A DNA stretch of 64,000 nucleotides from Octopus bimaculoides (Eukaryota). Under the pieces are notes generated by a model. That model was not told where the DNA came from. It made no database searches and worked only from the letters and a program-made list of their open reading frames with translations. Positions 12,082-25,172 of the stretch are shown piece by piece (within the stretch, counting starts at the first letter, position 1; every line of letters begins with the position of its first letter). The position numbers and the translations under genes are program-made. The stretch lies in contig NC_068986.1 in assembly GCF_001194135.2 (NCBI RefSeq), positions 90,681,444 through 90,745,443 of the forward strand, given 5' to 3'.

Positions 12082-12460
12082 TGTGGAGGCGCAATGGCCC
12101 AGTGGTTAGGGCGGTCATAGGATCGCGGTTTCGATTCCCAGATCGGGCGTTGTGAGTGTTTATTGAGTGAAAACACCTCAAAGCTCCACGAGGTTCCGGC
12201 AGGGGATGGTGGCGAACCCTGTTGTACTCTTCCACCACAACTTTCTCTCACTCTTTCTTCCTGTTTCTGTTGTACCTGTAATTCAAAGGGTCAGCCTTGT
12301 CACACTGTGTCACGCTGAATATCCCCGAGAACTACGTTAAGGGTACACGTGTCTGTGGAGTGCTCAGCCACTTGCACGTTAATTTCACGAGCAGGCTGTT
12401 CCGTTGATCGGATCAACTGGAACCCTCGACGTCGTAAGCGACGGAGTGCCACTTCTTCTA
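12082..12460 (+). mobile_element. Full-length SINE family S1 with 11-bp TSD
   Basis: Nearly identical to 10288-10670; gtcgcacgctg on both flanks. Confidence 0.92.
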
Positions 12461-12607
12461 GTCGCACGCTGAATAAAATGGATTCAAAGATTGTAACAAA
12501 CAGGTAGAATAGTTATATCATTAATTTCAACAACTATTTTATGCATTATTAACATTTATTTTATTGTTATCAGAAAGATTAAAGAATATCGGTGATTAAT
12601 TTTTTAT

Positions 12608-12675
12608 TCAACAATATTTCAGCTCATCCCCCACATATTTCTGCACTCCTGCATAAATATGCTGCAGCGTACACT
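12608..12675 (-). CDS. Candidate gene B terminal coding exon: (K)CTLQHIYAGVQKYVGDELKYC*
   Basis: Pyrimidine-rich acceptor ttttgttatattttgtAG; phase 1 fits exon 14191-14322; adds 2 Cys for an even total of 12; TGA overlaps AATAAA, with further AATAAA downstream. Confidence 0.55.
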
Positions 12676-13129
12676 CTACAAAATATAACAAAACAATACA
12701 GTATTAATTTAATTTATTCACCAGACAAAGGCATACTGGTCATATTTTCTCGTATACCTTTTCAATATAAGAGGATTAGAATATTTGATTGTATTCATTG
12801 GCTATACAAAAAAAATTGATAAGTTTTCTGACAAATATGGTGATTGGTTTGGTGCGGTGATTTGGAAGTCATATACCTGAAGAGATGTAGAGGATGATAA
12901 TTGTCTTATGTTACAGATAAGATATAAGGTCGTATAGAGAAGCATATAATCTTGGCTCTCTACTAGTCGTGTTATAGAATATGAGTTTCAGATTTTGTTA
13001 GTACAAAAAAATTGCACGCACAAACGTGAATCGGTGAAATCACATTAAAAACAATATCAAAGTAGAGAATGATAAAATATATATCCAAATATATATCTTG
13101 CAATAAAATATATATATATATTGTCACAT

Positions 13130-13345
13130 ATAACTGGTTCCAAATTTTGACACATGGCTAGCAATTTCGGGAAAGTGGGTAATTCGATTAGGACGACCCC
13201 AGTGCTTAGCAGGCACTTATTTTATCAACTCCGAAAAGATGAAAGGCAAAGGTCAATCCGGACGGTATTTGAATTCAGAGAGTAAAGCCGGAAGAAATAC
13301 TGTAAAGGTTTTTGACCGGTGCGATGACAATTTTGCCAACTGGCC
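13130..13345 (-). mobile_element. SINE family S2
   Basis: Conserved S2 core on the minus strand. Confidence 0.75.
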
Positions 13346-13527
13346 GTCGTATTGTCACGTGTAAGTGATATATAAATTATATTGTTTAAGCTGTTGTGAT
13401 TGCTCGGCGAATTTTTTTTTTTTTTTTTCAGTATTCCAACTGGTTTTATGGACAATGGAAAGTGTTCGATCATTTGTGCCAAGTTCTTTCTTTCATGGTC
13501 AAGTTTCTAAGTATTATTCTAAAGTAG

Positions 13528-13560
<33 letters not shown>

Positions 13561-14029
13561 TCACTCATGAGTGCTGCTGGTAGCATGTCTTGTACAACCA
13601 GCTGCATAGTCGGGTCATCTTCAACTAAACAGACTCCTCTACTAGGCTTGCTTGGTGAAGAGGATTGCTAGAAACCCATTAGAACAAAATCAAGACTTTT
13701 GAAAATTACAGTTGAATCCACTGTAGGGTCAACGACGATCTAGCGACAAAAAGTCGTTAAACATTCCAGATTCGTGTCTGATTTGCTATAAGAGTACTGT
13801 GAGTGAGACACTCCCTGGCTTTTGATAAAGCATATCTCTGCTCTGGCAGTATAACTTGTTGAGTGGTATCGGTTCGACTGCATCGGAAGACAGCCAGACT
13901 AAGAAAACAACTCCGACCATAAACACACACACTATGGGAGCCTGCAGAGGAACAAAATCTAAGTGGTGTCAACCCTGACAGTAAATCAGAAGAGGATTCG
14001 GGACCATATTCACCCGGAAGAATATGTGG

Positions 14030-14140
<111 letters not shown>

Positions 14141-14190
14141 TGTCGAAGATGTATGTCTGTATGTAGATATTAATCTCAAAGTGTACCTAC

Positions 14191-14322
14191 TCGCATTATA
14201 TAAAACCTTCATGTGAAGTTCGTTTACCAGTTTCAAACATGAAAATGTTACACAACCACCGTTAAACATGCCAGGATGTTTCTCCCCTGCTGCCAGACAA
14301 TTTCCCTTATTATCTTTGCAAT
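14191..14322 (-). CDS. Gene B coding exon 3: (Y)CKDNKGNCLAAGEKHPGMFNGGCVTFSCLKLVNELHMKVLYNA
   Basis: Acceptor gtgctttcAG and donor GTAGGT give 132 nt, phase 1-1, matching the paralogues. An alternative donor 4 nt further (GTACAC) would change the phase. Confidence 0.86.
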
Positions 14323-14572
14323 CTGAAAGCACAAATGACTTCATAATTATGACTTCTTTAAATACACAAATGAAAATATCTCTCACAGTAAATATGTGCA
14401 TATGTATGCGTATATATATATATACAAACTGCCACAATTATTTCAGAAATTTTTCTGAGATTGCTAAATCTAAACTTAATGTATTCAAACGTTTGTAGAG
14501 TGTATTTAAGGTATAGCTATGATGTGTGTGTTGGCTGTGTGTGTTTATGTGTGTGTGTGCATGTGTGTATGC

Positions 14573-14650
<78 letters not shown>

Positions 14651-15119
14651 GTGCTTGCATAAGTATGTCCGGTATGGAACAAGGAGTTCAAATAAAGATA
14701 CAACACACGTGTTGGGTAGATGTGATTGCCCTATAGAGAGATCATTCGTTTTACGGGTCCATGAATAATGGCTAATATCTCTGGTTTCGTAAAACGATTG
14801 AATTTTCAGTTGGACCTTTTGCTTACACACACATACACAGACACACACATACACAGACACACACACACACAGATACACACACACGCACGCACATATGTAG
14901 CAAGCGAATAGATACGCTGGGTAAGTGCTATTGTTGGTTGACCATTAGGTTCCACGGTCACAACGAAGACTGGATCTAGGGATCCATGTTTGGGTTCCGT
15001 TATAGCATGTATATATTATATTATAGGAAAGGTCAAAACCAAGGCAGAACGAGTATCTCAAGTCATTTACAATAATTTAATTAGCGTAAGGTGAATTTGA
15101 AGTCTTGCAGCTGAATATA

Positions 15120-15337
15120 CGAGAAGGTGTTGAAAAGTTCCTGGTTTTAAGGGTATCGCGAAAGGCCTGATTGGAAACCCAACTTTCCGACTTTTTTTAC
15201 AGGGCTTAGAAAAACTGAAGAACCGCTGCAATAAGTGTGTGAAACTGAGAGGGGAATATGTTGAGTATAAAATCATAATTTACTGATACTCTTGTGTTTT
15301 CTTTTACCCAAGCCATGAATTTTTCAACACCCTCTCG
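15120..15337 (+). mobile_element. Non-autonomous mariner derivative
   Basis: TIRs CGAGAAGGTGTTGAAAAGTTC / GAATTTTTCAACACCCTCTCG; retains the mariner C-terminus KCVKLRGEYVE. Confidence 0.8.
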
Positions 15338-15379
15338 TGGGTGTGTGTGCATATATATTTTTTGATTCTTTTTTTTTCT

Positions 15380-15576
15380 CTTGTTTCAGTCATTTGATTA
15401 CGACCATGCTGTAACACCGCCTTAAAGGGTTTTATTCGAATAAATCAGCTTCAGGACTTATTTTTTGTAAACCTAGTACTTATTTCTAATGTTCTCTGTT
15501 GCCGAACAGCCTAGTTACGAGGGAGCAAGCACACCAACATCAGTTGTCAAGCGATGATGGGTGACAAACACAGGCA

Positions 15577-15585
<9 letters not shown>
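15380..15585 (-). mobile_element. SINE family S3, 3' half, adjoining a (CA)n tract
   Basis: Reverse complement of ...ggcggtg..cagcatgg.c..a.tcaaatgactgaaacaag tail. Confidence 0.75.
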
Positions 15586-15630
<45 letters not shown>

Positions 15631-16609
15631 TATGCTAGTAGGACCTTCGAAAGTTCCACAGAACGAAAAAGATTAAGAGAAGCTATTTCAGGAAGAAAGG
15701 ATAATTTTTTAGCTTATTTCTATTTTGCTAAGTTATTTTCACTTCCAGTAACAATAATATATTAAATGAGTGAAAAATTTCCCTCCGCTAAGCTTTTTAT
15801 ATTTCTCTCTTTCTTTCTACCCCTTCAACAAACTTTTTAACCGTGTAATTCCCCTCTTCATATCTTCCTTTCACTTCTACAAACTATATGAGTGACAGCA
15901 TAACGCATCGGCTGCCTATCTGCTGTCTCACTCACTCCCATATTCCCTCTTCCTCTCTCTTTTACTCCATCTCTTCTTCATCTTTGTGTCTAATTTGGCA
16001 ATTCAAACGCTCTCTGCCTTCCTCTCTCTCAGTCCTTCTCTTAATGTAACTGCTTCCCTTGTCCATCTTTCCCTATCTGCCTTTCTTTAACCTCATCACC
16101 AGAACATCACCTTCTACTAAATAGTATATCCTAAACATATCTCTTTCTCATTACCATTCCCTTCCCACTCTACAACGCGTCATTAACACTTCTCTCACCC
16201 TCTTTCTCTCTTGCTCTTTTCTCTCACCATATTTTCTCTCGTTCTCCCTTCAACTAATCACGTGACGCATTTGGCCTTTTTACACGTCTTTCTCTACTTC
16301 TTCCTCACTCTCTTCCTCTCTTCTCACACTCTTCCTACTCTCTCTCCCTTTTACTCCACCTCTCTAACTAACTGAAGCGTAACATTTGTTATTTTTGACA
16401 GAGAAAGAGAGAGTGAGAGAGAGAGAGAGAGCAAATGGCTAAGGTCAGGTTGAGTGTGAAGTTGGTGTATTTCCAGAGAAGCATTCGACCTGAATACTGG
16501 GCTATCAACACAGTCGGGATCCAAGCCAAAACCAGAATACTTCAGGTGTAGAAAATCTAAGTTTCACGACGATTATACGGTCATACGGGTTTGGCGAAGA
16601 GTAAATAAT

Positions 16610-17000
16610 CCAATGAAAAGAAGAAGACAAAGAAAATTCTTTTACACATCTTTAATTATAAGTTACAAATGTTTCGTACCATCTCCATTTGCAATGCCAG
16701 TTTACACAAAAATTCTAAATGAAAAATCACGTAATATTTGCGGTTTTAGACATTGGACAGACACTTCATCAGACTTGTATCAATAGTGTGTAATTACACT
16801 GTGCATCCTTCAGAAGGACGCACATTGTAATAGCACACCTTTGATACAAATCTGAGGAAGTGTCTCTCCAATGTCTACGTTATTTTTCATTTAGAATTTT
16901 CGCATAAGCTGGCATTGCAAATGGAGGTGGTACGGAAACATTTGAAACTTATAATCAAAGACGTGTAAAAGAATTTTCTTTGTCTTCTTCTTCTCACTGG
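16610..17000. mobile_element. ~390-bp foldback MITE in gene B intron
   Basis: Arms complementary almost to the centre (aagaagacaaagaaaattcttttacac / gtgtaaaagaattttctttgtcttctt). Confidence 0.85.
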
Positions 17001-17027
17001 TATAAATATATATATATATTACTTTGA

Positions 17028-17061
<34 letters not shown>

Positions 17062-17389
17062 NNNNNNNNNNNNNNNNNNNNNNNNNNNNNNNNNNNNNNN
17101 NNNNNNNNNNNNNNNNNNNNNNNNNNNNNNNNNNNNNNNNNNNNNNNNNNNNNNNNNNNNNNNNNNNNNNNNNNNNNNNNNNNNNNNNNNNNNNNNNNNN
17201 NNNNNNNNNNNNNNNNNNNNNNNNNNNNNNNNNNNNNNNNNNNNNNNNNNNNNNNNNNNNNATATATATATATATATATATATACATACATATATATATA
17301 TACGTATACTTGATTCTTTTCAAAAGAGTTTAATAATGTAACGTCAAATTCTTCTTGCTACTGTGCAATGAATCTCTGACCGGTTGAAA

Positions 17390-18800
17390 AGGTTCAGCAC
17401 AATGAGGGGAAAATCCTCTTTAACAGATCAGGCCCAAGAATTCTGGATTTAACTTTCGCGTTAGAGTATTCTGTCCTTGCTCAGGAAAATTCAAAGCAGC
17501 AACAAATTGGTATTTTCCTGAGTGTTGCTTGAAACTTTTGCAATGTAGTCGAAGATGTTCCTCGTGCTCGTTTTCTATGAGCGAGCAATCAACAAATAGT
17601 TTAACTATAAGAAAGCGAAGAGTAGACAGCGATAGATGCAATCTATGAAAAGTTAGCAACATTGCAAAGTTTGGAAGCTATACTCAAAAATGTAATGAGT
17701 ACGAAAGATGTGATTATTGCAGTGTTTGGTATATCTACTTATTCAACACGAATTTAGTTTTATGCTTTTGTCAGATAAATTTTTGAGAAAAACTCTATAT
17801 TTGCTGAAAGAACGTCAGCTGTCGCTGCTTTCTTTGAAACTATATAGAGATGATCAATGACAGTTAGATGAGGTCGGATTCCTGCTTCATGACCAGAACG
17901 AATCTTCTGTATTTAGCTGACACGGGAGGCCTACTTGCTTCAATAAGATGAATAACAATGTTCAGTATGGCAGTGTTGGTGAGCACAAGGCAAGAAAATT
18001 CAGAATATTCATGAAAAAGGGATGCATAGGTTTCACAAAAGCTGGTCAGAGAGAAGCGATGCCTTAATAATGATTAATATGAGACTGATAGTGGTGTCCA
18101 CAAAACGATGATTTTTGACATATGCTTAGAGCTGCCGAAGAATGTCTACGCCAAAAATTGATTTTGGCAGACCATTGATAACGAAAATCCATTGAAAATT
18201 TCTAAGGAAACTGAGGTCGAATATCATAGGTTTCTCACAGTAAGTGGCAATGGGAAATGATTCTGTGTTTGAACTAGATGGTAGAATGCAAACTTGAAAG
18301 TACTTGCCAATGAGAAAATTGTTATTGGTAGTATTTTCAAAGATGTAAAATAGACAACTTTTACTACTAAAGTCAGGCATCTCCGTCGTTGCTAATCTCG
18401 TGAGTATCTGTTTCTTTACTGTGAAGAAGTTTGCCAAAAAGAGCAGCTTTGAACACATTGACTAACGTCGATTCGGAATAGATAGCAGCGCCGTTTCCAT
18501 CTCCCAAGTTGACTGAAAGACTGTCGTGAAATTTTTTTATTAGGATTATTTCGACTAGATCTACTCGGTGACTTAGTTGTGCAAATCCATTGGAGTAGAA
18601 TCGTAAGCACCATAATTTGTGTTAATTGTTATTCAGAGAGAGCATTAAGGGCTGCAGCATCTGGAAATATTTGCTGGAAAATTATGCTCTTATCTCTTTA
18701 GAAAATCGAAACAGTTCCTATTCGTCTGAGTTGCTGAAGCCTCATCTAAATTCATGAACGGTACATTTACTATCCATATCGCCTAGATATCTTGAAATTA
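17390..18800 (-). mobile_element. Decayed Gypsy LTR retrotransposon gag-protease-RT fragment
   Basis: Protease-like LFYIFENTTNNNFLI...FDLSFLRNFQWIFVINGLPKSIFGVDIL; HLIEASRPPVSAKYRR; RT-like EHEEHLR; gag-like LGD and C-terminal Cys motif. Confidence 0.75.
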
Positions 18801-19719
18801 AGTCCCAAGAAATGGTAATCTAACTGATAAATATTTAGCCACGTTTCTATTTGCGGGTATGCCTCGCTTTTTCCATTCAATATTTATTTCTTCTGTTTCT
18901 TCTTTGAACATGCTGATGGTGTAAAATCTACATATGTCTATAAATACACCATCATCACTACATGAGTCTTTGTAAAATATTTTCGACGGGGAAATTGCAT
19001 ACATTAATATTTTCTTTAAATGGTTCTCCTTCAAAGTAACATCATCCACTTGAACATACATTTCACTTTATAAATGCCAAAATGATAGTATGAAATAATT
19101 TCAACAACTGACATAACACACACCACAATGTAGAAGCCAGACATTGGCAATAAAATTCACACTATATAGGATTAAAGAAGTTCTGTATGATTGAGAGCTT
19201 ACATATTTTATCTAACGACCAAAAAGGTATCAAATAAATTACACTTCGTAAGAAAATTATAGTTCTTTCCGGAACTTGATAGATTTCGTGAAAGCGATCA
19301 TTATATCGATTTACAAGAAATGTGCACGAGTTGAAGAGACAACATAATTAATGTAAGAAGTTACTTAGAGACGTTATCCACATAACACGTTCTGTGATTA
19401 TCACTCATAAGTATGACCTGGTAATGTGTATCATGCTTTATAGGTGACTGTTTTGCGCACCTGTATAGACACGAGTAAAGACACCGTCTTTGCCCTCCAG
19501 CCTTTGGAGTAGCAAAACATCGAGGATGTGCCAGTTGGGGGGAGAGAAGGCGGTACCAGTACTTGTTTGTTATTCATTTTCTGTTACGTAAATTGGAGAA
19601 ACATGAAACGAAACGTTTTGATAACTGAAGCTGGAATCCAACCTAAGATATTAAGGCTGTACGCCTAACACTCTAATCATTTGGTAAGATATATGGAACA
19701 TAATATTTGAGTAAGTGCT

Positions 19720-19870
19720 AAGGTAGCGGAGCTAGCATGGCGGGCAAAATACCGAACGGCATTTTTGCCTGTCTCTATGTTCTGGGCTCAAATTCCGCTG
19801 AGGTCGATTTGTACCTATCATCCCTTCCAGATCGATGAAATATGTAGAAATTTAGCACTGAAGTCGATGT
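19720..19870 (+). mobile_element. Degenerate SINE family S2
   Basis: tctgggctcaaattccgctgaggtcgatttg core. Confidence 0.6.
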
Positions 19871-19941
19871 TTTAAGCCTTTTGTTTATAGCAAAAAAGAA
19901 GAAAAAAAATTTCAGAATGAAATATTTTATCCATTACTTAC

Positions 19942-20061
19942 ATGTATCTTTAATTTTTGGCTGACTGTTTACACATTCTATTTCTGTACATGTATGAGCG
20001 GATTTAATTATGCCTAAGCCACCACAAAAGCATTTTCCCTCATAATAACAGCCTTTACAGT
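19942..20061 (-). CDS. Gene B coding exon 2: (D)CKGCYYEGKCFCGGLGIIKSAHTCTEIECVNSQPKIKDT
   Basis: Acceptor aacgtttcttttttcAG and donor GTAAGT; 120 nt, phase 1-1, open. Confidence 0.9.
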
Positions 20062-20359
20062 CTGAAAAAAGAAACGTTATTTCTTTGTTCGAGATGATAG
20101 ATTAATGGCAATGTTTACTTTATGATTTACAGTGCTTTAAATTTCGATTAATTTAATTAATACAAACTAGAAGTTAGTATTCTAAATATCAATAAATAAT
20201 AAAGAGAAAATTCTGGAGAGACACAAAACGTAAAAGACATCAAAAAAACGTGGGATTTCTGAAATTTTAAACTAGAGGGAAAAGGTGAAGAAAGAATATG
20301 GTGTAAATTAAGTTAAAGTGACATTGTTTCAGGAAGATAATCTTCAAAAGTAAAAATAA

Positions 20360-20693
20360 AGAACCCCTGTGGTCATGAATGACCATGGGATTGCACCGGG
20401 ATAATTACTCTCCGAGGTATAAGTCCGGGCAAAGTTGTTTACGGAAGACCAGCAGTCGCCCATACATACCGGTCTCTCCTCTCCACGCCACCGATGTTAA
20501 CCAAGGGTAAGGCAAAGGCCGATACAGCTTGGCACCAGTGACGTAGCAACTCATTTCTACAGCTGAGTGAACTGGAGCAACGTGAAATAAAGTGTCTTGC
20601 CCAAGAACACAACATACTGCCCGGTCGGGAATCGAACTCACAACTTCATGACTGTGAGCACGACGTTCTAACCACTGAGCCATGTGCCTTCAC
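20360..20693 (-). mobile_element. Full-length tRNA-derived CORE-like SINE (family S4) in gene B intron
   Basis: A-box TGGCTCAGTGG, B-box AGTTCGATTCC, CORE-like tgtgttcttgggcaagacacttta. Confidence 0.85.
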
Positions 20694-20853
20694 TAGTATT
20701 CAAAAGTATTTTCAAGCAAAACTTGATAAGACACTGCTCTGTAATGGGTCAATGGTAATGTGTGAGCGGGGTGTAAGTGTGTGTAAAAGTACCACAAGAG
20801 ATACAAAGAGGCCAAAAGAAAAAAATGCAAAATTAAATCATCTTGAAATATAC

Positions 20854-20929
20854 CTGTATTTATACCTGAAACCTCAGTTACAATTGGAAGGACTAGAAGA
20901 AGAAGCAAAACTTGCAGAATAATATACAT
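20854..20929 (-). CDS. Gene B coding exon 1, signal peptide: MYIILQVLLLLLVLPIVTEVSGINT(D)
   Basis: ATG directly after ttacttacAG; Leu-rich core; donor GTATAT. A second in-phase donor 12 nt earlier (exon ending 20866) is possible. Confidence 0.88.
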
Positions 20930-21064
20930 CTGTAAGTAAAATAGAATTAGCATGCTTAAAATATGTTGATAGTTTCAAAATTTTAATGATTAATAATTAG
21001 ATTTTGTTTTTGGTTTGCAAGATTCTTGCTGTGAAAATGTGAGTTGGAGTAAATTTTGTCGTGG

Positions 21065-21478
21065 GTCATTATGCCGGCTACAAACACACGCACTTGTTTA
21101 ATTTCACTTTAGTTTTCATCAGTTAGTTAGCTATTTAACAACTAACTCATTGACTATTCCATTAATCATTTTGTTTAATAAGTTATTCAGTTGTGTTTAC
21201 CAAAGTCCTTTTGTCGCCATTTGAGACTTCTTCAAATACATGCCTTCTCCACTTTTTGTTAGCTTCAGTTCCGATCTGTTCATGTCATTCGCGGTTTCTT
21301 CATGTCACTAAAGAGGTCACGAATGACGACAGGACTTGGGTAAACACAACTGACTGACTGATTAATCGAATGATTAATCAAACAATCGATTAGTTAGTTG
21401 GTTAAATATCTAACCAATTAACGAAAAATTAAGGAGTGAAACCAAACCAGTGCGTGTGCTTATTATTGGCATTACGTT
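21065..21478. mobile_element. Foldback MITE-like element upstream of the gene B ATG exon
   Basis: Nested inverted repeats acacacgcact/agtgcgtgtg and cagttgtgtttaccaaagtcc/ggacttgggtaaacacaactg. Confidence 0.65.
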
Positions 21479-23621
21479 GCTCCTGAGATACAAGAAATGA
21501 TTCATAATTTCTGCGAGAATTTTAACTATTAAGTAAATAATGTATCATTTTACCAGTCAGAGTTAACTGTATTAAATTTTCTATATTTCGATATTTGTAT
21601 ATATTTAGACACCTACTGAATTTATTCAGTATGCAAGTATGCATGTCTTTTCATTCACTTAAACATCATTCTTCTCAAATCAAGAGTTAAATGTATTTTC
21701 AGAAATGTCCATACAGACTTCAGTAACAAAGATGTAAGATGTGTATGAAATTTTTAAAGATATTCGTTTGCATTTCTCCTTATCTGATTCTGTTTGTCAA
21801 GGTTATATTTTAGAACGAGTACTGGAAGATTAGGCATATATTATAGTATATGCGAAAGTAATATTAAATTCAACGGATGCAAAGATCGGAAAATGCTTTC
21901 ACTCTCCGGCCGAAAAACTATACTTCACTACGTGTTTAATTAATATTTTTAAGAAAAGAAAGAAAAATTCATTAAACTTTCATCCCTTAAAATACTAAGA
22001 TTTCGTGCCAAGTAAAAATGAAAGCAATATAATTAGAGAACGTTGTTTTGTAACGCCGGAACAAAGGTAAGAAAGTACAAAGTAGATTAAAAAAGGAAAA
22101 GATAACAAAACAAAGTTGCAGTTTTACCTTGTATTTCTTTATTTCGAGGTGAAGACCCCTTCTTCAGGATATTTGGAAAAAGCAGTAGCTGGTAAAAGTT
22201 ATTGTTCAGATGTGTGTGAGAGAAGGCGATAAGGGAGAAAGGAGGGTGACATGCGCACACTGGTAGTGCTAAAGCAACCATACTGCTTCGTGTAGTTCCT
22301 TTGTTAATGTTACTAATATAATTAGTATTTTAGCAGTTGTATAGGAGTATATTAACTTTAAACCTACCACGCATAATAGGGAATATTGTATACGTTAACA
22401 TAGATTTTTATTTAGACTGTAATTCGGTAAATCATAGAAATTGTCAAGAGTTTTGTTCTTAACTCTTAGTGAGTGGTAGTTACTGTTGTTTCTTGCTATC
22501 GACTCGCCATCATTGTTTTTGTCATCGTTGTTTTTTCTTCGACGAATCTTAACTTTCAGAAATGTAATTTTTTATTTCGTTGTAGTTGTGTCGTTGAGGG
22601 ATTAGTAGAAGATTGGCATCATCATCAGGTTTAATGTATCATAATTTTCCTTCTTTAAGATGGTAGGATGAATAATTTGGAAGAAATTTAGCTGGCTGTT
22701 TCTAACTTCAATAGACTTTCGACATCAGGGTGGTTCTGACTAATCAGATCTATGATAAAGGACGTTCAATCCATGACCATCATGCTTATTAGGTAGCGAA
22801 GAATACATTGTCCTTTTTAGGACTGATTGTTATTTCTAGCATTTCAAGTTACCTCTCGGTGGATCTTAAATTTGTTACCAGGTTGCTATCCAGTCCCAGA
22901 TTATACCTGGTCAGGATGACCTATGATAGAAGGCATTTGAACCATGACTAACACACCTTTCTTATATATCCAACATGCCCTTCTTTTAAAATTGTAAATT
23001 GTTATGGTGTGCCTTGGTATATCAGTACCTTGGCTGCTATTTCTAACAGAACTGTAAGCTGTTAGAAATACAGTAAGACTGTAGGGTGTGTGGTTCAAGG
23101 GGGATTGATTACTATATGTAGCAGTTCGAACAGTTGTTCAGAGGCTTTGTCGTAGGTCAATGTATAAAGGTATTGCATGTTGATGCTATTTGGCCCCAGG
23201 TATCTCATCATGTAGACCTATGTTAAAAAATGTTCCATCCTCGATCATTCAAACAACGGGGCTTACACTATCCAATGTGTTTACTTTTTCTAAGACTATA
23301 TCTGATATGAAGGTAATTTGGCTACTTTTTCTACTAGTTAGTGCAACAGCTGGGGCCTTCTTTTCCTAAGACAGGAGAAGAGAGACAGAGAGGGAGAGAG
23401 AAAGAGAGAGGGAAGACAGACATATAGATCGACAGGGAGAGAATTTGTGTGTGCATGTATACATGTCCATATGTATGGAAGAATAACTTTAGTTCATACA
23501 TACATGCATACATAGATACATACATACATACATACATACATACATACATACATACACGAGTATGCAAAACAAGGTAGAAAAATTAGTACTCGTGCACCGA
23601 ATGTAGAGTAATATATTTTTG

Positions 23622-23766
23622 TATTAAAGCTGAAAAAACACCATAAAAAATTGCTACACAGAGATTCACGTTCCCGTTCGTCGGACAGTTGTGGTCACAA
23701 CTGCCCGATGAACGGGAGTGTGAAACTCTGAGTAGCAGTATTTGTGATATTTTTACAGCTTTAATA
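23622..23766. repeat. ~145-bp near-perfect hairpin
   Basis: Core ttcacgttcccgttcgtcggacagttgtg-gt-cacaactgcccgatgaacgggagtgtgaa, with arms extending to tattaaagctg/cagctttaata. Confidence 0.8.
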
Positions 23767-24550
23767 AAAAAAGTATATATAAATATATATATAAATATAT
23801 ATATATATATGNNNNNNNNNNNNNNNNNNNNNNNNNNNNNNNNNNNNNNNNNNNNNNNNNNNNNNNNNNNNNNNNNNNNNNNNNNNNNNNNNNNNNNNNN
23901 NNNNNNNNNNNNNNNNNNNNNNNNNNNNNNNNNNNNNNNNNNNNNNNNNNNNNNNNNNNNNNNNNNNNNNNNNNNNNNNNNNNNNNNNNNNNNNNNNNNN
24001 NNNNNNNNNNNNNNNNNNNNNNNNNNNNNNNNNNNNNNNNNNNNNNNNNNNNNNNNNNNNNNNNNNNNNNNNNNNNNNNNNNNNNNNNNNNNNNNNNNNN
24101 NNNNNNNNNNNNNNNNNNNNNNNNNNNNNNNNNNNNNNNNNNNNNNNNNNNNNNNNNNNNNNNNNNNNNNNNNNNNNNNNNNNNNNNNNNNNNNNNNNNN
24201 NNNNNNNNNNNNNNNNNNNNNNNNNNNNNNNNNNNNNNNNNNNNNNNNNNNNNNNNNNNNNNNNNNNNNNNNNNNNNNNNNNNNNNNNNNNNNNNNNNNN
24301 NNNNNNNNNNNNNNNNNNNNNNNNNNNNNNNNNNNNNNNNNNNNNNNNNNNNNNNNNNNNNNNNNNNNNNNNNNNNNNNNNNNNNNNNNNNNNNNNNNNN
24401 NNNNNNNNNNNNNNNNNNNNNNNNNNNNNNNNNNNNNNNNNNNNNNNNNNNNNNNNNNNNNNNNNNNNNNNNNNNNNNNNNNNNNNNNNNNNNNNNNNNN
24501 NNNNNNNNNNNNNNNNNNNNNNNNNNNNNNNNNNNNNNNNNNNNNNNNNN

Positions 24551-24591
<41 letters not shown>

Positions 24592-24789
24592 CAGGTATTG
24601 GTATCCAGAAGACCCAAGGTAGCAGGTAAGGCTATGTAAGTACTATGGAAGAACCGTAGTTAAATTCTCGGTTCGATAATGATACGAGTGAGAAGTCTAA
24701 TACGGGTCTTGTATGAACATGTATAAGCTAAATAAAATGAGACAACAAAGCCAAATCTGTGTGGAATTTTCAGGACATTTATAAAGAGA

Positions 24790-25133
24790 AAGTTAGTCTT
24801 ACAGCTGTTTCTGGGTTATTAGGGATATCCCTTCATCAGAGATGATGTGAAATGGTTAAATAGAGGGAAATAGTAGAGTTCAATATAAGGAGATATTTTG
24901 GAAAAGGTTGGAAATAAAAAGTATAAAGGGAAGTAAACGAATAAAAGTATTCACCTTAGTGCCTTTCAAACATATCACCCCACCTCCCACTCTTCACACA
25001 TATTCATTCCTTACAGTCTTATCCCTTCCTACCCCTCTCCTACTCCTCTCCCATTCCCCTCATAATATCTTAACCACCAACTAACATACCTTTTTCATTT
25101 TCTCTTCCTCTTTCTTTCTTTCTTTCTTTCTTC

Positions 25134-25172
<39 letters not shown>

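Noticed and set aside
10288-12460. Repeated units with tRNA-like heads considered as tRNA genes or a CRISPR-like array
   Set aside because: They are dispersed SINEs with TSDs and tails; there is no regular repeat-spacer periodicity and no intact cloverleaf.
22130-22175. Second hammerhead-like CTGAAGA...GAAA motif (minus strand)
   Set aside because: It lacks helix III and a cleavage triplet.
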